Part shown: piece after piece, positions 1 to 13,714 of the stretch
How positions within the stretch are numbered: position 1 is the stretch's first letter
Layout of the letters: the number at the start of each line of letters is the position of its first letter
Source: the human T2T-CHM13v2.0 reference genome, Homo sapiens
Reading direction: 5' to 3' (one strand)
NCBI RefSeq assembly: GCF_009914755.1
Contig: NC_060944.1
Length of the DNA stretch: 64,000 nucleotides
Position numbers and translations under genes: made by a program
The notes under the pieces: model-generated
Seen by the model: only the letters and a program-made list of their open reading frames with translations
What the model was told of the DNA's origin: nothing
Database searches by the model: none

Positions 1-23
1 GAAGAAAAAAGATGTAATTACAC

Positions 24-508
<485 letters not shown>

Positions 509-765
509 AAGAAAACAGATTATCTACCGTAATAAAGCAAGAAACCCAATCCCTAAACAATACTGTGCCCCATAGAGTAAAGCCGTTTCATTTCTCTTTT
601 AGTACTTTTTCTACCCTAACAAAGAAAATTGTGGCTAAAAGTTAAAACAAAAACAGTATCTTTTTGCTAGTTTCATGATATATCTTGTATGTATGTATGG
701 GTGAATATTCTTATATTATTATTTTTGGTTCATGTAAAGTAATTTTTCCAAGTGAATATCTAAGA

Positions 766-931
766 CCAATGCTTCTGAAACTTTAATAGTCATACAAATC
801 ACCTGAGGATTTTGTTAAAACTAATATTCATCTCCAGGAGTTCAGGGGTTAGGCTAAGATTCTGAGTTTCCAATAAGTACCCAGGTGATAGTAATGCTAC
901 TGGCCTACACACTACTCTTTGAGTAATAAGG
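766..931. mobile_element. MER5A-like hAT-Charlie MITE
   Basis: aatcacctgagg...cccaggtgat...ctttgagtaa motifs. Confidence 0.65.
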
Positions 932-1644
932 TCTTAGATTAAAGTGGACTTGGGCCCACTAACATTGATTAGCTTATGACAGGAAGACAAAAAACAAAAA
1001 CAAAGGAACAAACAAAAACATAGAAGGTAAAATGTTAAAATCAAGGCACAAAGTATTGCTGTATGGAAAGTGTCTGAATTTTCAATATATTCAGCCCTGG
1101 AGGAAGAGCTTCCCACTACCACTTATTTACTGTTTCTGTTCTAAACTGGCTATAATAGCCCTTCAATTATAGAGCTGTTTCAGTAATAGCATCTGCTTCA
1201 TTATAACAGCAGTTTTATTAAACTAATAGTTGTTAGCATGAAGACACCATTACAGTAAATTACATTTATAATTATGGCTCTAAATATACTCAGGTTGCAT
1301 ACAATTATTAAAAATTTCCACCCTAATCATTTACCTTTCCTGAAGCTTTCCTCCTATCACATAGATGCTGTGAGCGTGTGTTAGTGTATGCAGGCTTTTC
1401 TATGAGGCTGCTTTCCTATATCCCATACAATTATTCAAACTGATGCCTGGTGTATCTAGAAATTTGTATTCCTAGCTCAGAGAGCAGCTAATTAGAACCT
1501 CCTTCCCAATCTCTACTTCCCACAATCTGGGTCATTTCCTTGTTTAGTGCCTTGATCAGAAATAATTTATTGTCTGGTTGTGCATGGCTTTGAGGGAGGC
1601 ACAATATAAAGAAAAGTTCATATAAGAAATGTGCACATTTAACA

Positions 1645-2430
1645 TCAATGCATAACAAACACCCCAAAGCATAGTGGCTTCAGCTAAAAACTGTCTATCA
1701 TTGCATTTGGGACAGCTGGGAGTGCTTATCTAGATTTGGCTCAGCTGGGCAGGTTAGTTAAGGTGGCTCTGTTACACAGTGTCTTTATTAGTCTGTTCTC
1801 ATGCTGCTAATAAAGACATACCCAAGAATGGGTAATTTATAAAGGAAAAAGGTTTAATGGATTCTACATGGCTGGGGAGGCCTCACACTCATGGCAGAAG
1901 GCAAAGGAAGAGCAAAGTCACATCTTACATGGCAACAGGCAAGGGGGCGTAAGGAGGGGAACTTCCCATTGTAAAACCATCAGCTCTTGTGAGACTTGTT
2001 CACTAACATGAAAATGGCACAGGAAAGACCCTCCCCCCTGATTCAGTTACTTCCCATCAAGCCCCTCCCACAACACGTGGGAATTATGGGAGCTACAATT
2101 CTAGAAAGACTTGGTCTGGGACACAGCCAAACCGTATCATCATCTCACATGTCCCCTCTGAGCCCAGGTCCTCCTGGCAGTGACCCAAGCACATGAGAAC
2201 ACATTCAACCATGACAGCACATTTCAAGCCTCCGCTTCATTGCTTCTGATAATATTACTCTGGCCAAAGCCAGTTACATAGTTAAGCTCAACTTGTGTTA
2301 ATTTTGCCCACAATGAGGCCAAAGCAAGTCACATGGCCAAGATCAACATAAATGGAGCAGAGAAGTGTCATCTCCTATGGAAGTGAACAGAAATGAGTGA
2401 TCATTTCAGAACAACAACCTACTCTATCAG
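1645..2430 (-). mobile_element. MLT1 (ERVL-MaLR) LTR interrupted by a THE1 LTR
   Basis: gcataacaaacaccccaaagcatagtggctt and ggccaaagcaagtcacatggccaag motifs on either side of the THE1. Confidence 0.6.
1784..2139 (-). mobile_element. THE1/MST-type solo LTR
   Basis: tattagtctgttctcatgctgctaataaagacataccc...gacacagccaaaccgtatca, about 355 bp. Confidence 0.9.
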
Positions 2431-2588
2431 AGATAGTTTCCCTTTTATACATGTAAGTACAATAATGTTGAAAGTCTCTGAGTTTATTTTCATAACATGC
2501 TAAATAGCCACAGTCTTATTTAGCCAAATTACAAACATTGGAATTGCATGGTTTCTTTTAGAATCTAAGGTTTTTATAGAAAATATAA

Positions 2589-2592
<4 letters not shown>

Positions 2593-2634
<42 letters not shown>
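2593..2634. repeat. (AT)n microsatellite
   Basis: About 21 pure AT units. Confidence 0.98.
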
Positions 2635-2638
<4 letters not shown>

Positions 2639-3260
2639 TCCATTTTGATGCTATATACTACTAGTCAGTCACCTGTAAGAGTTTTTGACTAAAGTTTTCG
2701 GCAAGATAGATATAGTTGAGTCATGGTCAAGGTGAAAAGGGTATTCACTCAACAAGAAAACCATCCATCAAAGATTTCCTATGTGCCCTTTGTTACGGCT
2801 GTGCAGCTAAGTACAACACAGTTCCAGGCTTTACAGTTCTTAGAGTGTTTACAGACAAATAAGTAAGATGCTCAATATGAGGTGGTAGGTCCTGTGTACT
2901 GGGTGTATGCCAGATTTCACAAGGAGTGAGTTTAACCACTGGACAGCAGAGTGGGTGCTAGAGCTGACTCTTGAAGGATCAGAAAAAATTCACCACAATA
3001 GAGGGGTTGGGCGTTCCACATATAGAGATGACATTGGGCTGCATTCGGGGAGCCCACAAGTAATGGCATAGAAGTGTTTGTGTCTGATATCCCCTTCCAG
3101 ACATCCCACAACCTAAAGAGCTAGACACTGAGGGGGCCTGCATGGTGAGCCTAGAGCCAACTCAAGATGCAGGAACAAAACAGAATTTATTGGAACATAG
3201 AAAGATATGAAACAACAGTAGTTGCTCTGAGAGGCGTCGTCTACATTTGAAATTGCTGGG

Positions 3261-3752
3261 TGTTGTGCTGAACCCTTATTAACCCCAATAAGGAAGGCAC
3301 AAGATTCAAGAAGCCAAAGAAGAGACCCAGAGGCAACAAATGAGACATGGGGTTTTATTAAGGCTCACATACAGGGGAGAGAGGCCAGTGGTGGTGAGCT
3401 AAATATGATAACCTCATAGCCCAGTGGCAGTGGGCTGGGCGGGAAAACAGCAACTGCTAGCAATCAGCATGCACTTTATATAGCATTTCCACTTAACACC
3501 CTCCCCCAGTGACCTCCACCTGGCAACCTTCATATTGTAACCTAAAACTCTGGGCCTCAATCCCCTGTACGGCCTGTGTTCCACAGGACTGAATAGGATG
3601 GGACCGGGGCTCAGATGTTCCTCATGGACAAGGAATGAATCTCTGGATTGGCTACTCCTGGATTCCCTAGTTCAGAACATACATTCAGGTGCTATACAAG
3701 GTCATTCTAAGGTTATGCTTAAGTTATTGCTGTCAGGTATGTTTATCCTACA
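3261..3752 (-). mobile_element. ERVL-class solo LTR (LTR32-like)
   Basis: TG...CA termini, minus-strand AATAAA and TATAAA, flanks ctggg/ccagg. Confidence 0.7.
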
Positions 3753-3825
3753 CCAGGTTGATAAGACAATGATGTCATCAGTCAGAGCCACATAAGCTTG
3801 ACAGCCATTAAAAGTTTATCTTCCT

Positions 3826-4122
<297 letters not shown>

Positions 4123-4126
4123 CTAT

Positions 4127-4197
4127 TTTATTTGTTTTTAAGATAGGTTCTCGCTCTGTCACCCAGGCTGGAGTGCAGTAGCAATATCATAACTTAC
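4127..4197 (-). mobile_element. Alu 3' fragment (AluJ/FLAM-like)
   Basis: ctcgctctgtcacccaggctggagtgcagt after a T-rich tail. Confidence 0.85.
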
Positions 4198-4489
4198 TTG
4201 TCTTCATTGACTAATGAATCCCAACATGCTGAGTTTGATTGTCACCTTTTCTCTCCCAGCTTCAGCAATACTATATGTTTAGAATTATAGAATTTTTTCA
4301 CAGCTCACAAAGGAGCCTCTCAGGGGTGGGATGTAGGATAGGACTGAAGAAAGAAAACCCTACTGGGGAGAAAATATCAAGTGGAGACTGAGTATTCATT
4401 TCTACTCTTTGCTAAAGAGTAGTTAATGTACTCACAGTTTATGTTCAGAACATTGTCAGTTTCAGAGAAAGATTTCATTAGTTCATTAG

Positions 4490-5330
4490 TTTATCTATAA
4501 ATTTATCCATCCTGTACTTATTGGGCATCTACTACAGCAGCAGTCCCCAGCATTTTTGGCACCAGAGATGGGTTTCATGAAAGACAATTTTTCCATGGAC
4601 CAGGGCAGCAGGTTGGGAGGGCTGATGGTTTCAGGATGATTCGAGTGCATTAAATTTATTGTGCACTTTATTTTATTATTACATTATAGTCTATAATGAA
4701 ATACTTATACAACTCACCATAATGTAGAATCAATGGGAACCCTAAGCTTGTTTTCCTGCAACTAGATGGTCCCATCTGGGGGTGATGGAAGACAGTGAAA
4801 GATCATCAGGTGTTAGATTCTCATAAGGAGCATGCAAAGTAGATCCCTTGCATGCAAAGTTCCCAGTGGGGTTCTTGCTCCTATAAGAATCTAATGCTGG
4901 GGCCAATCTGACAGGAGGCAGAGCTCAGGTGGTGATGGGAGCAAGGGGGAGCGGCTGTAAATACAGATGAAGCTTCACTTGCTTGCCTGCTGCTCACCTC
5001 CTGCTGTGCAGCCTGGTTCTTAGCAGGCCACAGACTGATAGCGGTCCATGGCTCAGGGGTTGGGGACTCCTGTACTACAGCATGCCAGACAAAATGCCCA
5101 CTGAGGTTGGAAATGAAGCGAAAACAGACACACTCCTTGCTTTCTCGGTAGCTTACAGACTGGAGAGTAAGAAGGGCATTCCTACAGTGGTGAATACTAT
5201 AGAGGAGTAGTAGACAACGTGTGTGAGTGCATTTAGTATGGAGCTGGGAGACATTTATGGGAGGAAAGATAAGGAAAAACTTCTCCGATGAAGGGACTTT
5301 AATCTGACATCAGAAAGAAGAGTAGTAGCA
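4490..5330 (-). mobile_element. L2 3' relic hosting MER1A
   Basis: tacttattgggcatctacta...tgccagac...agacacactccttgc...gcttacagact. Confidence 0.55.
4538..5072. mobile_element. MER1A hAT-Charlie DNA transposon
   Basis: TIRs cagcagtcccca / tggggactcctg; perfect 8-bp TSD tactacag at 4530-4537 and 5073-5080; about 535 bp. Confidence 0.92.
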
Positions 5331-6424
5331 AACTAGGTAAACAAGGATGGGGATGAGGAAGTAGGAGGTACAAAATACAAAACGAAACAAAGCACAGAAT
5401 ATCTCCCAGAACAAAGCCCTCTTCATCCTGCCTGCTCTCTCTCCCCCATAGTGATTGACAGTTTGAGGAAGGGGGTTATTCTTAGGGATCAGAATATTTT
5501 TGTATAACTGCTTCCATTTTGTATAATTGCCTAGTTTCCCAGGGTAAATAAAGGCAGGAGACACATTCAGGGCCAAATACAGAACTCTATATTCTTACTT
5601 GAGAAACACACCAAAATGATATGCAAATATTACTATGTAGTATTTATGTCTTCCTTCTCTCCCCAAAATTCCCATGTGAAAATAAATTTTCTATGACCTA
5701 TATACTGTCATTTTGCTTAATCATTTTAAGGCAATATGAGGACATCATGTATTAAATCCTGGAGAATTCTTAGTTTTCAGATTTCTTGTTGGATATTTCC
5801 TGATCAATAATGTGCAAAGGGAGATGATATTTGGGCCAGAACCATCAGTTTAAGCGTCTCTATATTATAAGAAATTCTGACTCAGGCTACTTAATGTAGT
5901 TTCTTTTTTAAAGCATGAATGCTTTAAAGTTCATGTTTTAGTCAAGAAGGAATTGCATTTTCTCAAACCTGGCAGGCCCAGAAAAAAGCTACTTAGAAAA
6001 TCACACTTAGGTGACAGAATGATAAGAAAAGTCCCTTTAGGGGCCATTAGCACTTTGCCTGAAGAAAAACTGTTAGTGGTTCTTCCTAGCTTTTTAACTT
6101 ACAGAAGCAGCACTGTTGGAAAGCTCTTGGTAAAAACAACAGAAGTAAAGCAGTTTATTTTGGAATCTCATGTTAGGAATTCCAGAATATCCCATTGGTT
6201 AATTTTAAGTTAGAGTCCTTATTATTGCAATTTCCATCATAATAGACATATTATATTTGTAATAGGTGGTGGGACAAAGACTAGAGTTTGGATATATCAT
6301 AGAAATCTATATACCAAACTTTCATTAACTATTTTGCCAGTTAACCATGGCCAACTGATTTTTTTTTCTTTGTTCACCTCCTCCATAAAGTTAGATCTAA
6401 GATTCAAGTAACAACCTATGCACC

Positions 6425-6730
6425 TTTTTCTAACAGTACTTTATTAAAGTACAATTTACCTTTAGTAAAATGCACAAATGTTAAATGTACATCACACAGA
6501 ACTTTAACAAATATACAAACTCATCTAACATCCAGATCAAGATATGGAATGTCACCCCAAAAATTCCATGTTGCCCTATTTTAGCTAACCACTCCACGAC
6601 TAAAGGCAACTGCTATCCAATTTCTGTGGGTATAAATAACTTTTATTTCTTTTCAACTTCATATCAGTAGGACCATACAGTATGTAGTCTTTGGGGTCTG
6701 GCTTCTTTTACTCAAAATCTGTGCATTTTG
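6425..6730 (-). mobile_element. Old L1M 3' end
   Basis: ctttattaaagtacaattta...aaaatgcaca...catccagatcaagata...tctggcttcttttactca. Confidence 0.7.
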
Positions 6731-7345
6731 AGGATTTCTGAAATATTAAGGATAGCCCAGGGCTTCTGCAAATGTCAGATGGACATACAACTCAATTTAT
6801 ATAAACACTGTGGGAAGTAAGCTAATATTTGTTAACCTGAAAGTTTCTGATTATCATGAAATGTCCCTAGGCAGGGACTATGTTGTTAGCTACACAATAT
6901 CTAAGAAAACTATCCTAAGACAAATTAAATATAGAAATAAAATCACAGGCAATAGCAGATATATCTAAGCTTCTTATAGATAAGCTCATCCCAAGTACTC
7001 TTGAGGTGCAAAAAGAAAAGGCTAATTATAAATTATTCTTATCCATTTATTGAGGCTGTTCCCTTAAGGGCTAATTCTAGGTAATGCTTCATTAACCTTG
7101 TATCAGTTACTTGTTCTTGAATTTCAAAAATTCATTTTTTCCATAATTTTTATTAATTCAGTGAGGCCCTCCTTCTCATTTGTACAAATTAGTAAGATGT
7201 CAACCTACATGTGGAGTTCTGGAGATTCATCTTAAGACTTATAAAAGGGAAAAAAAAAAAAGAATAAGTAAAGGTATTGAGGGCCTACTACGTGCTGATG
7301 GCCAAGGTACTTTCACCTACATTAACAAATCAAATCATTTCAATA

Positions 7346-7601
7346 GGCCCTGTAGGGTGGCTCATGTCTGTAATCCCAGCACTTTGAGATGCTCAGGTGG
7401 GTGGATGGCTTGAGCCCAGGAGTTCAAGAACAGCCTGGGCAACATGGAGAAAACCAGTCTCTATAAAAAGTAGCAAAAATTAGCTGGGTGTGGTGGTGTG
7501 TGCCTTCCTCCCAGTTACTTGGGAGGCTGAGGTGGGAGAATCACTTAAGCTCAGGAAGTTGAGGCTGCAGTGAATTGTGATGGAGTGAGACTGCCTAAAA
7601 A
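7346..7601 (+). mobile_element. AluJ with right-arm deletion, next to a MIR fragment
   Basis: Alu dimer; TSD aaatc(a/c)tttcaata at 7332-7345 and 7602-7615. Confidence 0.9.
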
Positions 7602-7996
7602 AAATCCTTTCAATAAATTATGATTCACAGAATCCAATACATCCAATGATCCAATGGAATGCTAGTTCAAATACATTGGTACTTAAGCATGGACTGCATT
7701 CTAAAAGTTCACCTCTAACTCAGCTATTTTATCATAGAAACACAGATATATAACTAAACACCACTTTTTCAAGAAAAGGTAAAATTGTGAATTGCATTTC
7801 AACCACACAGAAACCAAACAAAGTTCGGGAGTGCAAACTATATTCTCCTTCTTTCTTAACATCAGATTTTTCCATTGTAGCAAATGTGATTAGGCAGGGC
7901 CTTGACTAAATCACTAGAACAGTGAGTGCTGACACTAAAGCTGGAAGCTAAAAATGCCTCCAGAAGATTGTCCTTGAGAGCCAAGAGTCACCTTCT

Positions 7997-8278
7997 CCTG
8001 TGATAGGCAGTCTGCTACTATCCCCATGCACCCTAAAGCTGGTATGCAAGGACTCTCTAATCCTGTGGTATGAAAATTCAGTCGCCTCACCTCAAGGCTA
8101 GACAGATACAGAGATGCAATGTAGGATCTGGAGCTCCCCTTGGATTGAACACACATCTTGCTTCCCTTCTTCCCTTACAAGCGTTTCCTGAGAGCCCTTC
8201 TTCAATAAATCATTTTCTAAGAATCTCTGTTACCTCCCCATCTCAGGCTCTGCTTCTAGGGGAAACCAATTTAATACA
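7997..8278 (+). mobile_element. Old ERVL LTR 3' part (LTR16/LTR33 group)
   Basis: aataaa followed by tctcaggctctgcttctagggga terminal motif. Confidence 0.5.
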
Positions 8279-9102
8279 CCCATTTTATCTATGACATCAT
8301 CCTCATTCTGGCCTGTGGTTACGCTAACAATTTATCTTCTCCTGGAGTCCACTAAGAAGGACAAAAGCCATTCAGAATAGACCAATAAAATTCAAAGCCT
8401 AGTCTTCTTCCAGCACCCTATGATCTACACTTTCTCCCCAACTGACACACGTGGTCAAGCAGAATGCAACGCCCTTTTCTTGGAACCCAGAAAAGACAAA
8501 TTAAGGAAAATGAGTTTGGAACAATGAAACAGTCTCCTGTGCAAATAAAGCAGACACTACCATTTTAAGTATGAATAATTGGAAAACAAGGCATTGAATA
8601 GTCTTAATTACAATAAGTATACGAAGCTTGCATTAGTCTTAATTACAATAAATATAAGAAGTTTTAAAACTAAGTGTTCTAAGCCACAAAAAAGTAAAAT
8701 ATGTCCTTGTTTGTACATTATTTCAAACATAGGAGGATAATTAAGATAAGAATGTGAAATAAAGGCTTATCTTTATTTAAGACTAATTTGTTGAGGCAAG
8801 AAAGTTGGTGGGGTGGGATGAGGCCCCTGCTTCTCAAATAAGGAAATCTTAAATTAAATCAATGCCAGTCAATTGCTGGGACATTTTAGTCAAACTGGGT
8901 GTAATGTGCTGGTTAAGCTATCAAATAAAATGTTGGCCATAGAGCATGATTCGTGGTCCTCAATGGAATCGGCAGTTGAGGATGAGATTGCTGTAGATGC
9001 TCATCATCCTCTACAGAAGTGATGAACTGAGAGCTTGTATCTTTGAAAGGGTCATATAATCCTTGGACAAAGGGGGTAGTAGGCCTGTTATCCCTGCTGC
9101 CT

Positions 9103-9240
9103 TTATTCATCCACCCATCTAAACAACCCTCCCCTCAGTGTTTACTGAATGCCAACTCTGTGCCAGGAACTAGTCTAGACACTAGGGATATAGTAGAAAG
9201 AGAATGTATACGGCTCAGGAAGTTGTGATTTAGTGAGGAT
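9103..9240 (-). mobile_element. L2 3' end
   Basis: gtttactgaatgccaactctgtgccaggaact...cactaggga. Confidence 0.6.
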
Positions 9241-9319
9241 TCAAAAGAAAGATTAGCAAGTCTTTGGAGCAAAAATTAGAGTCAAGAGGAAGTTTTGCAA
9301 ATGATCCTGATCATAACAA

Positions 9320-9322
<3 letters not shown>

Positions 9323-9356
<34 letters not shown>

Positions 9357-9387
9357 GAGAGAGACGACAACAAATATATATATATTT

Positions 9388-9445
<58 letters not shown>
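9323..9445. repeat. Compound microsatellite (TG)n-(TA)n-(TC)n-(TA)n
   Basis: Directly visible. Confidence 0.97.
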
Positions 9446-11909
9446 GGAGAGAGACAACACCTCCAAAGAAAAGAGAAAAAAAGGAAAGCACATGACCGTG
9501 AACGAATCTAGCAGTATGAGAATTTGATTGAAAGTCTCAGGGAAGACCTGAGATATAGTGAATAGTTGGCCACAGATATGGTGTTAGTAGCAGACATCAG
9601 TTGGGTTACTGAACAACACTTTTAAACCCACTAAAAGGGGACAAATGGAATTTACTCAGAGCTTAGTATATTAAGGTTACTCAGATCATTGCGCATTGGG
9701 AGGGAAGAAGATGCTTGTGCATTGTCAGAGTTGAAAACTAGAGACTGTGTGCCTGAGAAATGCCCAGTGAGACACAGAGGAAGCAACTCCACGGATGCAG
9801 AAACCATGCCACCCAGAGGCCTGCATGGGGAGCGTGTGTTGTATGGAATCAACTGGGCGGAGTTAATACGTGAAATTTCACATTAACTAATTAATTAATT
9901 GGTTAATCAACTGATTGATTTTAAAATACCAAAAAGCTTCCAACAATCATTTCAAAATTTGATATATATGTTGAAAAATACAGCAACAAAACAAAGTATA
10001 AAATACAAACAAAATCTTAATTTATTTCAATGCTATGTATTAAAAGCCTTCATATCCAAAAAATAGCAAGATTGTTATTAAATACATTTACATACTCTAG
10101 TCAAAACTATAATATTCTATAAACTAACATTAGAGAAGATGCTTGAAGAAAAATAAACATTTAAAATACACCCATATGGCTTTAGGAATTCAGAAAATTC
10201 AATAAATCATGAAAAAAATGAACCTCCTGGGTTTTGTTTTGTTTTTTCCTTTGAGGGAGGGGAGGGGAACACTATGAGTTTTCTCTTTCTTTTTATTTTT
10301 TCAGTTTCTTTCTACAGGATACCTAAGCCTAGGTCAATTGTTTTTAATAACTTCGTTTTGCTAATCGGTCATGGCACTTGTTTCTCTCCTTAAATGCAAA
10401 TTAGGATGAGAATAACCTTGTAAACGTGTCTTTGTCTTCTCAAGGTCATGTTTGGCCAACAGTATCAGTCAGGGTTTCTTTTTCCTTTTTTAAGCAGGCA
10501 GCCATGTTCTGATTAAATATTTATAAGTCTAGTTGAGTAAAGTTAAACGGAGCAGATGAGGCAATTAAGAAGTAAAACCAAGTGTCAAACTGCAGGGTCT
10601 CCTTAAATGATGCAAGACCTTGGGATCCTGACACTTTTCATTGACACTCTTTGTAAGCCAGAGTTGTTTTGTTTGTATGAAAAGTGGCAGTGCTGTCTAA
10701 GATTTACTGATCCCTGTTTAGAAGTCATCTAAAAATAATATCTGAGTAACTCAAACCCTCTCCATTTTCCCCAGAAATAGTTTTACTGTAGGGGTGAGAT
10801 GTAGGAGAGGGAGGGAGCGTCTGTGTACTGCCACAGCTGGGAACATTACTGCACCTACTTCCTAGTGCCTTGCAGGCATCTTTGGGACTTGCTAAGAACC
10901 TTTGGAGAAGTGTAAGCAGAGGTTAATTGTTCAACCACCTGCTTTTAGAAAGATATAAATTTTATATATGTAAAATAATTTTTAAAATCATGATTAATAG
11001 CCTATATCCCTTCAGTTACTTTTACAAAGCCTTCCAATGTCCAGAAGGAAACTGCTGACAGTGACATTTATGGAGAAGGGGGAAAAAAAAAGTAATTTTT
11101 CAACTCAAATTGAAGGGCAGTGGATAGAGAGGGGAACATAAATTCATTATAAAATATCTTCTTAACCCATATATATAGCCAAAAAAAAAAAGGAGCTAAT
11201 TGCAGACCAATTATGGAAAAAACCTGACCTTGGGAGAAAGGCATGCTATTTATTTATAATCAGTATTAAGGATTTAGAAGCATTTTCAAGGTTTGCATTT
11301 ATTTGGGGTTGAAATGTCATAAATATCTGTCAGCATGGCAATATTCTAGTTAATTTGATTTTGGTGTTGATAAGGCCAAGTTCAAATAATCAATCTCAAT
11401 TAGGCTGATTAATTTCACACTAAAAAACTGTACTGAGGGGACACAATTTACTTAAACCCTAATTGACCGTGTTGTGCCTTTGGGCACAGAGAGATCTTAA
11501 AAAGGAGAAATCAGGGAAATCACTATACACAAACACTGGAAAAACTGACTTAATTTTCTTGTTTTTACCAACAATTGGTTGTGTTGTTGTCAAATGGATA
11601 AAGTAGAACTTTAAAGAAAAATCAACTTTGTGCAGTCTCTTAAAAATACCTGAATGAAATGAAATAAAATTCATAAAATTCTATCCAACAATTGAAAAAA
11701 ACAGCTTTTTTTTTTTTTTGCTTGGAGGCTAGAGGATGATGATGAGTAGCTCTATTCTGTTAGCTCTTTCTGTAGCTCTATTCTGTTAAATTGTCATGAC
11801 ATTTGTTCAGCTCCTAAAAAATGAAAATTGGGATTGAAAATCAATTTTTAGTATTTTTTTTCCAAAGCATCAGCATACTTGAAGCCTGTGTTACTATGAA
11901 TGGTTACCC

Positions 11910-12100
11910 TTAAAATGAAAGAATAGTTGTTACTTTTGGAGCGGGATAGTAACCAGGATAGGGCATATGAGTGGCTTATGAAACACACTAAATATCCTAT
12001 ATCATGATCAGCGGTGGAGATACCTGAGTATGTTAATTTTGTGAAACCTCATTGATTTACACGCTAATGATTTATGCACATACAATTTTACTTCCTTGAT
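11910..12100 (+). mobile_element. L1ME-like 3' fragment
   Basis: agaatagttgttacttttgg...tttgtgaaa...gatttatgcac. Confidence 0.5.
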
Positions 12101-13029
12101 ACTCTAATTTTTTAAGTTGTAAAAAGGAATTTATATTTAAAAAAAGGTTGGACTCCTATGTTCATTTCTATAAATGAAGCTGTCACACAGACCTGAAATT
12201 TTATTTGAGCACTGGCTCTATCATTTTCTTTTGATGATGATGTTTCTTTGATGTATGCATTTTTATCAAATATATCTAATTTGATGTTTCTTTGATGCAT
12301 TTTTACCTAGCTTTTAACTGGGACCTGGTTTCTGTAGTGTAAAAATCTATTTGCAATTTCTAGTGTATTATACTATTTAATGCCTTCTTCTCATTTGGAA
12401 CTAGAAAATCACTTGGGTTAAATGGTGTCCAGCTGCCTTCAGAGATAAGCCCTGGCTTTGACTTATTAATACATTTCCATCGGCCTTTCCTGGTAATAAA
12501 CATTCTTACTGTCCTCCAATATGGTAAAATATTTAGCGTAAGAGTAGTCTTGGCTCACAGTATAGTTGTTGAATCCATGCTGTTTTTCAGTCATTGGCTG
12601 CTCTGTTCATTACATTCTATACAATTTTGTATACTGATGTCTTGGGGTTTTAATTGAATTTTAATGAAAAAATGGCCCGGATTAGCAGTAATATGGCCAG
12701 CTGTGGGCTGCAATGTTAATATGCACCTACTGTTTCAATTTGCTGGTAAAGCTGATAATGACTGAAGAGGGCAGCTAATGCAAAAAACTATGCCTGGCAA
12801 TTACATCAAGTCAGGTTTTCACCCCTCATCTTTAGCAGCTTGCCTCCAGCTTTTAATAAAGAGCAGAGCAAAAACAGGGCCAGTTCAAGCATCCTCTGAT
12901 GTTTGTTTAGACTTTTCTCTGTTGACTGAGCATTTGTAATTTTAAAGGTCTGGTCTCTAGTGTAGTTATGGGCAGTGGTGTCAGACACATCCGGGTGATG
13001 CCAGACACACTTGAGTATGCATTCTTCAG

Positions 13030-13225
13030 CCATACTAGCCCTGTAAGATTTAGTAAGGTAATTTTATATCTTTTAGCTTCAGATTTCTTATACAGAAAAA
13101 TGGGTATAATTGTATCTTTTTCTTGGATTATTAAAAAGATTAAATGAAATTATGGATATAAATTCCTTAAATAGCACCTAGTATCCATTTCTGAGCTCAC
13201 CAAATGGTGACCATTATTTTTGTTA
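13030..13225 (+). mobile_element. MIR
   Basis: MIR core cttcagatttcttatacagaaaaatgggtataat...aagattaaatgaaat. Confidence 0.65.
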
Positions 13226-13464
13226 AATATGCTTCAGGTTTTCCCCATCAATATCAAAAATTAAGATTGGACTTGGAATAAAAGTTCTATTTTATATTTT
13301 AAATCTTACAAATGGAAATAAATAAACAGCATGGATTCAATAACTATACTGCGAGTCAAGACTACTCTTATTACACTGAATGTTTTACCATATTGGAAGA
13401 CAGTAAGAATGTTGGTTGCCCAGGGAAGGCCAATGGAAAGGCAAGTCAAAGCCAGGGCTAGTAA

Positions 13465-13714
13465 AGTATATGATTTCACTTATATGAAGTATAAACACAA
13501 GTACAATCATTTTATGGGATTAATGTCAAAATAGTAGTTCCTTTTGTGAGGCATAGTACAGTCTGGAAGAAGCAGAAGGGTTTCCAAGATGCTGAAAATG
13601 TTCCATTTCTTCATCTGGGCCATAGTTGTTGTATTTTATATACGTAAAAATTCATCAAGCTGTAAACTTAAGATCTATGCACATTATTGTAATTATGTTA
13701 CAACTCAATAAAAA
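13465..13714 (+). mobile_element. L1ME 3' end
   Basis: aaaattcatcaagctgtaaacttaagat...ctcaataaaaa. Confidence 0.7.
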
